In this document: positions 20,403 through 29,890 of the stretch, one piece after another
How positions within the stretch are numbered: the first letter of the stretch is position 1
Layout: each line of letters opens with the position of its first letter
Source: Lentimicrobiaceae bacterium
GTDB taxonomy: Bacteria > Bacteroidota > Bacteroidia > Bacteroidales > UBA4417
Direction of reading: 5' to 3'
Length of the DNA: 64,000 nucleotides
Assembly: GCA_031550085.1 (NCBI GenBank)
Contig: JAVBOY010000022.1
Span: 62,696 to 126,695, forward strand
The notes under the pieces: generated by a model
The model's database searches: none
What the model was told of the DNA's origin: nothing
Seen by the model: the letters and a program-made list of their open reading frames with translations, nothing else
Made by a program: the position numbers and the translations under genes

Positions 20403-20650
20403 ATTGATCATTGTTTACGATTGCTTTTTACTTAGGCAAAGATACGGTTTGTTTCTAAAAAAACTAGTTTGAAAAAGGGAATCCCGGTAATTTTCGATCG
20501 AAGAATAAGTTTCTTGTGTTTTATGGATTTTTACTGAAAATGTGTGTTTGATTCGTCCGGATTTAAAAAATGTAAAACTTTCTGAAAAAAAACGGTTGGC
20601 GGCATCCATTTTGGCAATACATTTGTAGCAAATTTGAAAAAAGAATCTTT

Positions 20651-21040
20651 TTGAATCCGAGGTCATCCATACTTCTAGTTATAACCCTTTACCTTATTTG
20701 GGCTGCTGTACAGGTTTCTCAAGGCTTGCAACCAGCTTCCAGCCCGTTTGTGGTGGAAGACTCGGTAGATACGTTTGTTCTAACAGGCGAAAGCGACTTT
20801 AATGAGGAACTCGACAACTTTTTCCGCACAACCAAAGACAATACGTTTCTTGTGCATTTGGAAGATTTGGGAAAAAGTTTTTTGGACCATTCCGGTAGTT
20901 CGCAAAAACAACTGAAATGTAGTTCTGTTGAAAAACCAAATACCTTTTGGTGCTGTATCGACCGGTATGATGTATCCCATGATTGTTTCTCCGCAACGCA
21001 TAACCCCAGCCTCAGTAAACTCCGCCGGTTGAATATTTAA
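20651..21040 (+). CDS. Hypothetical protein with an N-terminal hydrophobic segment
   Basis: 129-aa ORF with TTG start filling the gap upstream of the decarboxylase genes. No recognised domain. Confidence 0.4.
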   Translation: MNPRSSILLVITLYLIWAAVQVSQGLQPASSPFVVEDSVDTFVLTGESDFNEELDNFFRTTKDNTFLVHLEDLGKSFLDHSGSSQKQLKCSSVEKPNTFWCCIDRYDVSHDCFSATHNPSLSKLRRLNI

Positions 21041-21151
21041 GAAACGCGTGCTGGCCGTTTTCTTTTTTAACTCATTCTTCATCACATTAAACCAACACAT
21101 CGCGGCGCATAAAAATGCGTGGTAGGGGTGTGTATAATTTCAAAATAAAAA

Positions 21152-21475
21152 ATGACACATATACTGGCAAGCACCTTCTTGATGATGGTTGCTGCATTTG
21201 TGATAGGGCTTGCTGTCGCCCTGTTGATAAAATTATTATCCAATTTTTTATGCTATACGGAATACGGCTCGCTGAAACATGATTTTGCGGCCCGTTACCG
21301 TTTGTTGCGCATAAGGAACTTACAGCGAAGGAATATGCGTAGCGAATTAAGCTGGAAGCAGGAAGCCGGCGAACTCATTAAATATTTTTACGGAGATCGT
21401 TCCGCCAATACACAAAAAGACGAAGACCGAACCAGCGAGATAATTAAATTCTACTATGGAAGCGATCGATATTAG
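21152..21475 (+). CDS. Small single-TM protein, possible OadG-like partner
   Basis: One N-terminal TM helix; overlaps the start of the beta-subunit gene. Confidence 0.55.
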   Translation: MTHILASTFLMMVAAFVIGLAVALLIKLLSNFLCYTEYGSLKHDFAARYRLLRIRNLQRRNMRSELSWKQEAGELIKYFYGDRSANTQKDEDRTSEIIKFYYGSDRY

Positions 21476-22682
21476 TCAACTTTTTCAGGGCATTTCAACG
21501 TTGTTGATGTCTGACACATCGATTCTGATTGCACGTATCGGTTTGATTCTGTTGGGAATCTTGTTGGTGTACCTGGGCAAAAAAGAAGTGTTGGAGCCTT
21601 TGGTAATGATTCCGATGGGGCTGGGAATGGCCGCCATTAATGCCGGGATCTTGTTTATGCCCGGAGGAGGGCAGGGGAATTTATTTGTCGACCCGATGAT
21701 CACCGATCATCTGCAGTTGATTGATATGATGCAGGTGTATTTTTTGCAGCCGTTGTATACTTTGTTGTTCAGCAACGGGTTGGTGGCCTGCTTCATTTTC
21801 ATGGGAATCGGCGTGCTGCTGGATGTCACCTATCTGCTGCAACGCCCGTTAACCTGTATGTTTTTGGCTTTATGTGCCGAACTGGGCACTTTTTTGACGA
21901 TTCCGATTGCATACGCCATGGGATTGAATTTGCATGACAGTGCTTCCATTGCCATGGTAGGCGGCGCCGATGGACCTATGGTGCTGTTTACATCGCTTTC
22001 GCTCTCAAAAGGGCTTTTCGTACCGATTACCGTGGTTGCATACCTCTATCTGGGGCTGACTTACGGAGGCTATCCTTATTTAATCAAATTGATGGTTCCC
22101 AAAAGATTGCGCAGCATTAAAATGAAACGGCCGGTGGCGAAAAAACGGTATACTTCTTCCACCAAACTTACCTTTTCGGTAGTGATGTGTGTGGTGCTTT
22201 GCCTGTTGTTTCCGGTGGCTGCGCCTTTATTTTTCTCGTTATTTTTGGGAGTCGCGATCCGTGAATCGGGTTTGAAGCACTTGATCGATTTTATCAGCGG
22301 CCCGCTTTTGTACGGTTCGACCTTTATTTTGGGTATTTTGCTGGGTGTGTTGTGCGAAGCCCATTTGCTGCTGAATCCCAAAATATTGATTTTGCTGGTA
22401 TTGGGAATTATCGCACTTTTGCTTTCGGGAATCGGCGGAATTTTAGGCGGATATGCCATGTATTTTATAACCAAGGGCAATTTTAACCCGGTGATCGGCA
22501 TTGCCGGCGTCAGTTGTGTGCCGACTACGGCAAAAGTAGCTCAAAAAGTGGTGAGCAAGGACAATCCGGATGCGTTGATATTGCCGGAGGCCATCGGAGC
22601 GAATATTTCGGGCGTCATCACGACCGCTATCATCACGGGAATTTATATTACCCTGATTCCGTTAATTGAAAAGTTGATGTAG
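21456..22682 (+). CDS. Na+-translocating decarboxylase subunit beta (OadB/MmdB family)
   Basis: EPLVMIPMG, AELGTF, VGGADGP, NPVIGIAGVS.VP and GANISG motifs; highly hydrophobic. Confidence 0.9.
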   Translation: MEAIDISQLFQGISTLLMSDTSILIARIGLILLGILLVYLGKKEVLEPLVMIPMGLGMAAINAGILFMPGGGQGNLFVDPMITDHLQLIDMMQVYFLQPLYTLLFSNGLVACFIFMGIGVLLDVTYLLQRPLTCMFLALCAELGTFLTIPIAYAMGLNLHDSASIAMVGGADGPMVLFTSLSLSKGLFVPITVVAYLYLGLTYGGYPYLIKLMVPKRLRSIKMKRPVAKKRYTSSTKLTFSVVMCVVLCLLFPVAAPLFFSLFLGVAIRESGLKHLIDFISGPLLYGSTFILGILLGVLCEAHLLLNPKILILLVLGIIALLLSGIGGILGGYAMYFITKGNFNPVIGIAGVSCVPTTAKVAQKVVSKDNPDALILPEAIGANISGVITTAIITGIYITLIPLIEKLM

Positions 22683-22733
22683 GAAATAAGGCATTCGCCC
22701 TATTGTTTCAAATGACCTTTCAACTTCAATATT

Positions 22734-22785
22734 TTGTTTTGTTTCCGAAATGCACTATATTTGCAGCATTATAGAAATAAAACAA
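22734..22785 (+). promoter_or_regulatory. abiE promoter: -7 box flanked by a 20-bp imperfect inverted repeat (candidate AbiEi operator)
   Basis: Arms at 22734-22753 and 22766-22785 match 16/20 and enclose TATATTTG at 22756-22763. Confidence 0.6.
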
Positions 22786-22788
22786 GAA

Positions 22789-23406
22789 ATGACTTTTCTG
22801 GAATTTAAGGATCGGCTATTCGATTTGGCATGCTTTAATATCCATCAGGTATATGCGTGGCAATCCGATTTTGACCGGAATAATCTTACCCGTTGGGCGA
22901 AGAAAGGGTATCTTATCCGGTTACGGCAAGGATATTTTGCTTTTCCGGAATATAAGAACAAGCCTGATTATTCCCTTTATTTTGCCAATCGGATTTACCG
23001 CCCGTCCTATATTAGCCTGCACACGGCATTGGCATTTTATGGAATGATACCGGAGGCTGTGGTGCAGATTGCCAGCGTGACATCTTTAAAAACAGCTTCA
23101 TTTTGGAATGACTTTGGCGAATACTCTTATAAGAATGTCAAAGAAAACCTGCTATTCGGGTACGAGTTAAAGCCAATGGCCGACAACCGTACTATTCAAT
23201 TTGCCTCCCCTGAAAAAGCATTGCTTGATTTGCTGTATCTTTATCCGTTCTACGATACCGGAGAGGAATTGGAAGAATTGCGTTTGGATGAAGATTACTT
23301 GCACGATGATGTAAATAAGGATTTACTGATGGATTATTGTGCCAAATTTCAAAGCAAGGCACTTGACCGGCGGGTAAAATTGCTTTTTAAGATCTACGAT
23401 TTATGA
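22789..23406 (+). CDS. Type IV TA antitoxin, AbiEi family
   Basis: N-terminal wHTH (LIRLRQGYF), PSYISLHTAL.FYG.IPE and ASPEKALLD motifs; overlaps the toxin gene (ATGA). Confidence 0.85.
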   Translation: MTFLEFKDRLFDLACFNIHQVYAWQSDFDRNNLTRWAKKGYLIRLRQGYFAFPEYKNKPDYSLYFANRIYRPSYISLHTALAFYGMIPEAVVQIASVTSLKTASFWNDFGEYSYKNVKENLLFGYELKPMADNRTIQFASPEKALLDLLYLYPFYDTGEELEELRLDEDYLHDDVNKDLLMDYCAKFQSKALDRRVKLLFKIYDL

Positions 23407-24191
23407 TACAGCTTGAACAGATCCGGAATTACTTTCCGGTTCCAATCCGTGAAAATTCGATTTTTGATAAACATCTGCTGAAAGAGTATTTGCAGTTGAT
23501 GATTCTGGATTACCTTTCGTCCACGCCGTATATCCGGAAGATGATTTTTATCGGTGGAACAAATCTGCGTTTGGTAAAAGGGATAGACCGGTTTTCCGAA
23601 GATTTGGATTTTGATTGCAAAGACCTGTCGAAAGAGGAGTTTCTTGAAATGACTAATGGAGTCATCCAGTTTTTGGAACGTTCCGGATTGCAGGTAGAAA
23701 CGAGAGATCGGGACAATCCAAAACTGACGGCTTTCCGGCGCAATATTCATTTTCCGGAGCTGTTGTTTGATTTGGGATTGAGCGGACATAAAGAAGAACG
23801 CTTTTTGATAAAAGTCGAAGGCCAGGACCAGGGAATCGTTTATCCTCCGGTTATCACAAATATCAAAGGTTGCGGATTCTTTTTCCCATTTCCTGTTCCT
23901 TCCGACGGTGTTCTATGCAGCATGAAAATTGCAGCCATGTTGGCCCGTTCCAAAGGACGTGATTTTTACGATCTGCTATTTTTATTGGCGCAATCCAAAC
24001 CGGATTATGATTTTCTTTCAAAGCGTTGTGGCGTTCATAATTTACAAGAGTTCAAACAGGCAACAGGCGAATTACTGAAAACAGTTGATTTGAAAAAGAA
24101 ACAAAAAGATTTTGAACATTTGCTTTTCCATAAAGCGAATAGCGAGAAGATTTTGAGATTTGGGCAGTTTATCGATTCGCTGACAGAGTGA
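23403..24191 (+). CDS. Type IV TA toxin, AbiEii/AbiGii nucleotidyltransferase
   Basis: FIGGTNLR...RFSEDLDF and K..A...R.KGRDFYDL motifs. Confidence 0.9.
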   Translation: MIQLEQIRNYFPVPIRENSIFDKHLLKEYLQLMILDYLSSTPYIRKMIFIGGTNLRLVKGIDRFSEDLDFDCKDLSKEEFLEMTNGVIQFLERSGLQVETRDRDNPKLTAFRRNIHFPELLFDLGLSGHKEERFLIKVEGQDQGIVYPPVITNIKGCGFFFPFPVPSDGVLCSMKIAAMLARSKGRDFYDLLFLLAQSKPDYDFLSKRCGVHNLQEFKQATGELLKTVDLKKKQKDFEHLLFHKANSEKILRFGQFIDSLTE

Positions 24192-24211
24192 TTATTTAAT
24201 AGAAAGACCGC

Positions 24212-24988
24212 CTACGAAACCGGATAAAATTGCAGTTTCAGTTCATTGCCGTCAAAAACGGCGTAGGAAAAATGCGAAACCCAGTCGCCCAAAATGATGC
24301 ATTGGGCTTTTTCGGATGCGGGGAGCACCGCCGGACAATGTAAATGCCCGAATATATAGTAATCGATTTCGGGATGGGAGCGGGCGTGTTCACGGCTGAA
24401 AATAACGATGGCTTCGTTATCGAAATGGGGTTTGTATTCCGGCTCTTTCTGTTGTTTTAATTGTTGCGTCAGGCGGCTGCGCCCTGAAAAAAAGTTACCC
24501 AGCCAACCGCCGAAATCAGGATGAATCCAGCGGTATACCCACTGATTGAAACGACATTCAAAGGTTTTCTTTAGCAGCTTGTAGCCATAATCTCCGGGAC
24601 CCAAGCCATCGCCATGGGCTAAAAAGAATTTCTTGCCCAGTAAATCGGTCACTTCGGGCTTGCGGTGCAATTGAATTCCGATTTCCTGCTCCAGGTAATT
24701 GAACGCCCAGATATCGTGGTTGCCGCGGAACAGATGGATTTCGATTCCGGCGTCGGCCAACTCGGCCAGTTTTCCCAGCAAACGTACATAACCGCGCGGA
24801 ATCACGGTTTTGTACTCAAACCAGAAGTCGAACAAATCCCCCATCAAATAAATGGCGGCGGCATCCGTTTTGACTTCATCGAGCCAACGTACGAACAAGG
24901 CTTCCCGTTTCAGACTGCCTTTGCGGTCGGGAATACCGAAATGAAAATCGGAAGCAAAATAAATTTTGGAGCGGGTTGTCAAAGGCAA
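24212..24988 (-). CDS. lpxH: UDP-2,3-diacylglucosamine diphosphatase
   Basis: SDFH, GDLFDFW, GNHD, HGDG, FGHLH and LGDW motifs. Confidence 0.85.
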   Translation of the reverse strand: MPLTTRSKIYFASDFHFGIPDRKGSLKREALFVRWLDEVKTDAAAIYLMGDLFDFWFEYKTVIPRGYVRLLGKLAELADAGIEIHLFRGNHDIWAFNYLEQEIGIQLHRKPEVTDLLGKKFFLAHGDGLGPGDYGYKLLKKTFECRFNQWVYRWIHPDFGGWLGNFFSGRSRLTQQLKQQKEPEYKPHFDNEAIVIFSREHARSHPEIDYYIFGHLHCPAVLPASEKAQCIILGDWVSHFSYAVFDGNELKLQFYPVS

Positions 24989-25006
24989 TCGGGTTCTATG
25001 TTAAGG

Positions 25007-26272
25007 TTATTTGTTTTTCTGTAAAAAAGCTTTCAGCGCTTCGAGGCTGGGATTTTTCGCCTGCAAAACGCCCGTTTTGTCAATCAAAAAAGTTTGCGGC
25101 AAGTTTTGAACGCCATAAACGATAGCAGCCTGCGAATTTACGGATTTTAAATCACAAACTTGTATCCAATAGGCTTTGTCTTTTTTGATGGCGCTTTTCC
25201 AAAGGCTGGCATCCTCGTCGAGCGAAACGGCATAAATTTCAAAATTATTGGTTTTGAATTGATTGTAGATGTTCGTCAAATTCAGGTTTCCTTCGCGGCT
25301 GGGCGGGTTCCAGGCAGCCCAGAAATAAAGCAATACCGTTTTCCCTCGGAGCGAGGATAGTTTTACCGGCAGGCCGGCCGCATTGGGTAATTCCAAATCG
25401 GGCGCCGTGGTTCCGGGTTGAAGTTGACGGGCTTTGGCCAAAGTTTCTCGATTTTTTTCGCGGTAGCTTTCGATTTTGTTATGAAAATCGATAACCAGCG
25501 AGTTTTGCGGATACTTCAGGTGAAGCGCGCTGTCGATTTGCGCAAAAAAATCGAAATTCCGTTGGATGGTAAAAAGCGGGCGGTTGGTAAAATTTTTATT
25601 AACAATCAATAAATTGGCCAGGGACGAAAAGTCGCTTTTGATTGTTTTCGTTGCCATTTGCTGCTGCTCCAAATAAAGTTGGTTGAACAACGAATCCAGG
25701 GTCAGTCTGATTTCAGAAAATTCTTTTCTGTCGCGGCTGTTCATTAAGACGACCCGCAGCGAGTCAATAGTTTGTAAGCCTTTTTGCAGATGGTTTTCAA
25801 ATGTCCGGTAGGTTTCTGAGCCGGGCGATCCGTGGATGGAAATCGTGTTTCCCGATGGCGTTTTTTCTTCGCGGATGGTAATGGATTCGCCTTTCTCCAC
25901 AACGAGGGTGATTCTTTTCTGATCCGGACTTTGAAGGATGTAAAAACCGCTTTCTTCCGGTTCGAATGAAAACGAAAAACGTCCGTCGTTTCCGGCATTG
26001 ACCGAATTCAGCAGTGCAAAGTTTTCCGCCTGCAATTGATATAACTCGATTTTTTGATGGGCAAAACCGGCCACCTGCCCGTTGACTTGAACGCCGGATT
26101 TGTTTGAATGGCATGAAGTGAAAAAACAAACTGCAAAAAAGAGAAAACCAAGCAGGAGCCTTCCCTTGGAGAAGCCGGAATAAGGCTTTACGCGGGTATG
26201 CTTGCCAGGAAGACTGTTCCGCCGGACAATTTGCTGCATTTTGTTTCGGATCATGAATAAAGAACGTTCCAT
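25007..26272 (-). CDS. TlpA/AhpC-TSA family lipoprotein (DUF4369 plus thioredoxin fold)
   Basis: Lipobox-like FTSC, APDLEL...LSSLRGKTVLLYFWAAW. CxxC is replaced by NPPS. Start uncertain. Confidence 0.8.
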   Translation of the reverse strand: MERSLFMIRNKMQQIVRRNSLPGKHTRVKPYSGFSKGRLLLGFLFFAVCFFTSCHSNKSGVQVNGQVAGFAHQKIELYQLQAENFALLNSVNAGNDGRFSFSFEPEESGFYILQSPDQKRITLVVEKGESITIREEKTPSGNTISIHGSPGSETYRTFENHLQKGLQTIDSLRVVLMNSRDRKEFSEIRLTLDSLFNQLYLEQQQMATKTIKSDFSSLANLLIVNKNFTNRPLFTIQRNFDFFAQIDSALHLKYPQNSLVIDFHNKIESYREKNRETLAKARQLQPGTTAPDLELPNAAGLPVKLSSLRGKTVLLYFWAAWNPPSREGNLNLTNIYNQFKTNNFEIYAVSLDEDASLWKSAIKKDKAYWIQVCDLKSVNSQAAIVYGVQNLPQTFLIDKTGVLQAKNPSLEALKAFLQKNK

Positions 26273-26283
26273 TTCAAATTTTC

Positions 26284-26658
26284 TTATTGAAAAAGTTGGA
26301 TTGTAAACCGTCCCAGGAAGGTGCAGGCCAACCCCAGCAAGATGCTGGCCAGAATATAGGCTACAGCCTGCATGTTTTCACCGTTCCGAAACAACAGGAA
26401 GGTTTCGTTCGAAAAAGCCGAAAAGGTGGTGAAACCACCCAGCAGTCCGGTGGCAATAAATAATTTCCATTCCTGCGGGACTTCGCTTTTTTCAACCATC
26501 CCGAAAAATAACCCGATGCAAAAACAACCGATCAGATTGACCGACAGGGTTGCAAAAGGAAAAGAGGTTTCCGTTTTGGTATTTACAAACAACGACAACA
26601 CATAGCGGAAAATTCCCCCGATAAAACTGCCCGTACCGACCAATAATAGCGCTTTCAT
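26284..26658 (-). CDS. crcB: Fluoride efflux channel Fluc
   Basis: GG..RY, TL.VN..GCF and GLLGGFTTFS motifs. Confidence 0.95.
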   Translation of the reverse strand: MKALLLVGTGSFIGGIFRYVLSLFVNTKTETSFPFATLSVNLIGCFCIGLFFGMVEKSEVPQEWKLFIATGLLGGFTTFSAFSNETFLLFRNGENMQAVAYILASILLGLACTFLGRFTIQLFQ

Positions 26659-26662
26659 GGTA

Positions 26663-27218
26663 TTTGAGTTGTTGAACTGTTTATTTGTGAAGTGTGAACC
26701 GTGAAGGGTGAAATGCCTGTTGAATTGTTTAATTGTTTAATTGTTTATTGGGTACAGGGTAAAAGGTGAATGAAACAAGGTTTGTTATTCGTTTTTTTTG
26801 TTCGTTTACTCATCACTCGTCACCCGTTACTCGTCACTAGTTTACTCATTAAATGCTTGCTTTTGTTTATTAGGATAATTAAATCTAATAATATTCTATT
26901 CTAATCGCATATCGTGAAACGTGGACAGTGAAGCGTGAAATGCCTGTTTAATCGTTTAACTGTTTAATTGTTTATTGGGTGCAGGGTAAAAGGTGAATGG
27001 TAAACTTGTTACCCGTAAACCTGTTAACGAATCATTTTCAATTCTCAATTCTCCATTTTCAATTATCTTGTTTACCCGTTACCCGTCACCAAACCTCACT
27101 TTCAACTTTTACTTTTCATTCGTAATTTTTAATTCTTAACTTTCAATTCTCCATTTTCAATTTTCAATTAAAACTCGTTTACTAGTCTACTCCTCAACTA
27201 GTCTACTAAAACAAAGTT
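26663..27218 (-). repeat. Intergenic mosaic repeat element, copy B (longest, internally duplicated)
   Basis: Two passes of gtgaa / tttaattg / gggtRcagggtaaaaggtgaatg, plus tttcaat, cgtYac and tagtctac arrays. Confidence 0.9.
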
Positions 27219-27680
27219 CTATAAATTTTTCAGCAGATTTGCCATTTCGATGGCCGACATGGCGGCGTCAAAACCTTTGTTACCCGCTTTGGTTCCGGCG
27301 CGTTCAATGGCTTGTTCGATGGTGTCGGTGGTCAGCACGCCGAAAATTACCGGAAACTCGGCTTGCAAATTTACAGCCGCAATCCCTTTGGTAACTTCGC
27401 CCGATACCATCTCGAAATGGGGCGTAGCGCCGCGGATTACCGCGCCCAGGCAAATCACTGCGTCATAGTTGCCGCTTTTCGCCATACGTTTGGCCACCAG
27501 CGGAATTTCAAACGAGCCGGGAACCCAGGCCACGGTAATGTTTTTTTCATCGCCGTCGTGGCGGCAAATGGCGTCGATGGCTCCAGACAGCAATTTTGAT
27601 CCGATTAATTCGTTAAAACGGCTTACAATAATTCCAAAACGCAAGCCTTTGGCAATTAGTTTTCCTTCAATTGTTTTCAT
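27219..27680 (-). CDS. ribH: 6,7-dimethyl-8-ribityllumazine synthase
   Basis: [23 protein letters not shown] and GNKG motifs. Confidence 0.97.
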   Translation of the reverse strand: MKTIEGKLIAKGLRFGIIVSRFNELIGSKLLSGAIDAICRHDGDEKNITVAWVPGSFEIPLVAKRMAKSGNYDAVICLGAVIRGATPHFEMVSGEVTKGIAAVNLQAEFPVIFGVLTTDTIEQAIERAGTKAGNKGFDAAMSAIEMANLLKNL

Positions 27681-27694
27681 AATTTATTTTTTTT

Positions 27695-28026
27695 TGTTGA
27701 GTTGTTGAACTGTTTATTTGTGAACGGTGAAGCGTGAAGTGATTGGATTAAGGTAAATGGTGCAAGGTGAACGGTACAGGGTGAAATGCCTGTTTAATCG
27801 TTTAACTATTTAATTGTTTATTTGTGAAGCGTGAACAGTGAAGGGTGAAATGCCTGTTTAATCGTTTAACTGTTTAATTGTATAAAACCCATTTTCAACT
27901 ATCAATTCTCCATTTTCAATTGAAAAGCCTTCTGCCTTCTGTAATTAAAAAAACTCGTTTACTGGTCTACTCGTTTACTTGTATCTAAAAAACACTTTCA
28001 ATTTTCAACTTTCCACTTTCAATTAA
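27695..28026 (-). repeat. Intergenic mosaic repeat element, copy C
   Basis: gggtgaaatgcctgtttaatcgtttaact occurs twice; also cttctgc, tcgtttac and tttcaa arrays. Confidence 0.9.
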
Positions 28027-29220
28027 CTACATCTGATGCCCCATCTTATTGATTTTGGTTTCCATGTATTTTTTATTGTTGTCGTTTGCTTGAATCACCA
28101 GGGGAATACGTTCTACGATCTCAATGCCGTATCCTTTTAATCCGTTCATTTTTAAGGGATTGTTTGTCATCAGGGTGATTCTTTTTACACCCAGGTTGGC
28201 CAGCATTTCCGAAGCCACGCCGTAATCGCGCAGGTCGGCGGGATAACCCAAGGCCAGGTTGGCCTCCACCGTATCCAAACCTTCTTCCTGCAATTCGTAA
28301 GCTTTCAGTTTATTGAGCAGGCCAATGCCGCGTCCTTCCTGGCGAAGGTACAACAAAATACCACGTCCTTCCTTTTCAATGCGTTGCAGTGATTCATGCA
28401 GTTGTTCGCCGCAATCGCAACGTTTCGAGCCGAAAATATCTCCCGTCAAGCATTCGGAGTGAATGCGCACCAGCACCGGCTCTTCGCCCGAAATATCTCC
28501 TTTGATCAAAGCCACATGATGTTCTTTGGTCACTTCATTCTGGAAGCCGACAATTTTAAAATCGCCGGTAACTGTGGGCATTTGGGCGACCGCTTTGCGC
28601 GACAGGAAATGTTCGTGCTGGCGGCGGTACTTGATTAAGTCGGCAATGGTAATGATTTTTAATTGATGCTTTTGGCAATATTCCATCAATTGCGGCACGC
28701 GCGCCATGCTTCCGTCTTCGTTCATGATTTCGCAAATCACACCGGCCGGTTGCATGCCCGCAAGCCGCGCCAAATCGACGGCAGCCTCGGTATGTCCGGC
28801 ACGGGCCAATACGCCGTAATTTTGAGCAATCAAAGGAAAAATATGCCCCGGACGGGTGAAATCTTCCGGTTTTGAATTCGAATCAACCAATCGCAAAATG
28901 GTTTCGGCACGTTCCTGTGCCGAAATACCTGTCGTTACGTCTTTCCAGTCGACCGAAACGGTAAAAGCCGTTTGTTTGCTATCGGTGTTTTTGGCTACCA
29001 TCGGATTGATCTGCAATTCGTTGAGCCGTTCGGCGGTCATCGGCATACATACCAGGCCACCAGCATGTTTCACCATAAAATTAATGATTTCCGGGCTTGC
29101 TTTTTCGGCAGCCACCACCAAATCCCCTTCGTTTTCGCGGTTTTCATCGTCTACCACCACCAGGGCTTTTCCGATACGAATGTCGTCCAAAGCCTCTTCT
29201 ATTGTATTAAATCTGTACAC
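28027..29220 (-). CDS. ribBA: Bifunctional DHBP synthase / GTP cyclohydrolase II
   Basis: [34 protein letters not shown] and QEGRGIGL motifs. Confidence 0.97.
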   Translation of the reverse strand: MYRFNTIEEALDDIRIGKALVVVDDENRENEGDLVVAAEKASPEIINFMVKHAGGLVCMPMTAERLNELQINPMVAKNTDSKQTAFTVSVDWKDVTTGISAQERAETILRLVDSNSKPEDFTRPGHIFPLIAQNYGVLARAGHTEAAVDLARLAGMQPAGVICEIMNEDGSMARVPQLMEYCQKHQLKIITIADLIKYRRQHEHFLSRKAVAQMPTVTGDFKIVGFQNEVTKEHHVALIKGDISGEEPVLVRIHSECLTGDIFGSKRCDCGEQLHESLQRIEKEGRGILLYLRQEGRGIGLLNKLKAYELQEEGLDTVEANLALGYPADLRDYGVASEMLANLGVKRITLMTNNPLKMNGLKGYGIEIVERIPLVIQANDNNKKYMETKINKMGHQM

Positions 29221-29237
29221 GTTATAATAAAATGTTT

Positions 29238-29888
29238 TTAAAAAAATCCGTTTTCTTTTAGTTTTTCCATTGTCAATCCTCCGCTCGGCGGAAGATTGCT
29301 TTCCGGTTTCATGAGTTTTTCAATGTATTTGCCGATCAGGTCACATTCGATGTTTACCTTTTCGCGGATGCGTTTGCTGCAAAGCGTAGTCTGGTTTCGT
29401 GTATGCGGGATAACCGATACGGTAAAATCCGTTTCCGATACGGATGCTACTGTCAGGCTGATTCCGTCAAGAGCGACCGACCCTTTTTCGATGATGTACC
29501 TTAAAAGAGAGGACTCGGCTGAAATCGTGATCCAAATGGCATTCTCGTCTTCCCGGAAGCTTTCAATAAGTCCTGTTCCGTCGATATGCCCGCTTACAAA
29601 ATGCCCGCCCAGGCGCGATGTCGGCAGCAAAGCGCGTTCCAGGTTCACACGGTCGTTGCTTTTCAGCAAATACAAATTCGACCGGTTCATGGTTTCAGGC
29701 ATGGCATCGGCAGCAAACGAGGTTCCGGAAATCCCGGTAACTGTCAAACAAACGCCGTTTACCGAGATGCTGTCTCCGATCCGAGTTTGGTTTAAAACCA
29801 GATCTGCGTTGATTTCCAGCACTGCCGAATGTGCTGCTTTGCGAATGGATTTCAGGGTGCCGATTTCTTCAATAATTCCTGTAAACAT
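29238..29888 (-). CDS. ribE: Riboflavin synthase (alpha chain)
   Basis: Canonical MFTGII N-terminus at 29888; [12 protein letters not shown] and GGHFVSGH motifs. Confidence 0.95.
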   Translation of the reverse strand: MFTGIIEEIGTLKSIRKAAHSAVLEINADLVLNQTRIGDSISVNGVCLTVTGISGTSFAADAMPETMNRSNLYLLKSNDRVNLERALLPTSRLGGHFVSGHIDGTGLIESFREDENAIWITISAESSLLRYIIEKGSVALDGISLTVASVSETDFTVSVIPHTRNQTTLCSKRIREKVNIECDLIGKYIEKLMKPESNLPPSGGLTMEKLKENGFF

Positions 29889-29890
29889 GG

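Noticed and set aside
26659-26760. Fluoride riboswitch upstream of crcB
   Set aside because: No GGCGATGG...GCC-type motif; the region is fully occupied by element B.
26663-28026. Mosaic elements as CRISPR, IS or MITE
   Set aside because: No constant repeat-spacer period, no terminal inverted repeats or target duplications seen, and no transposase in the window.
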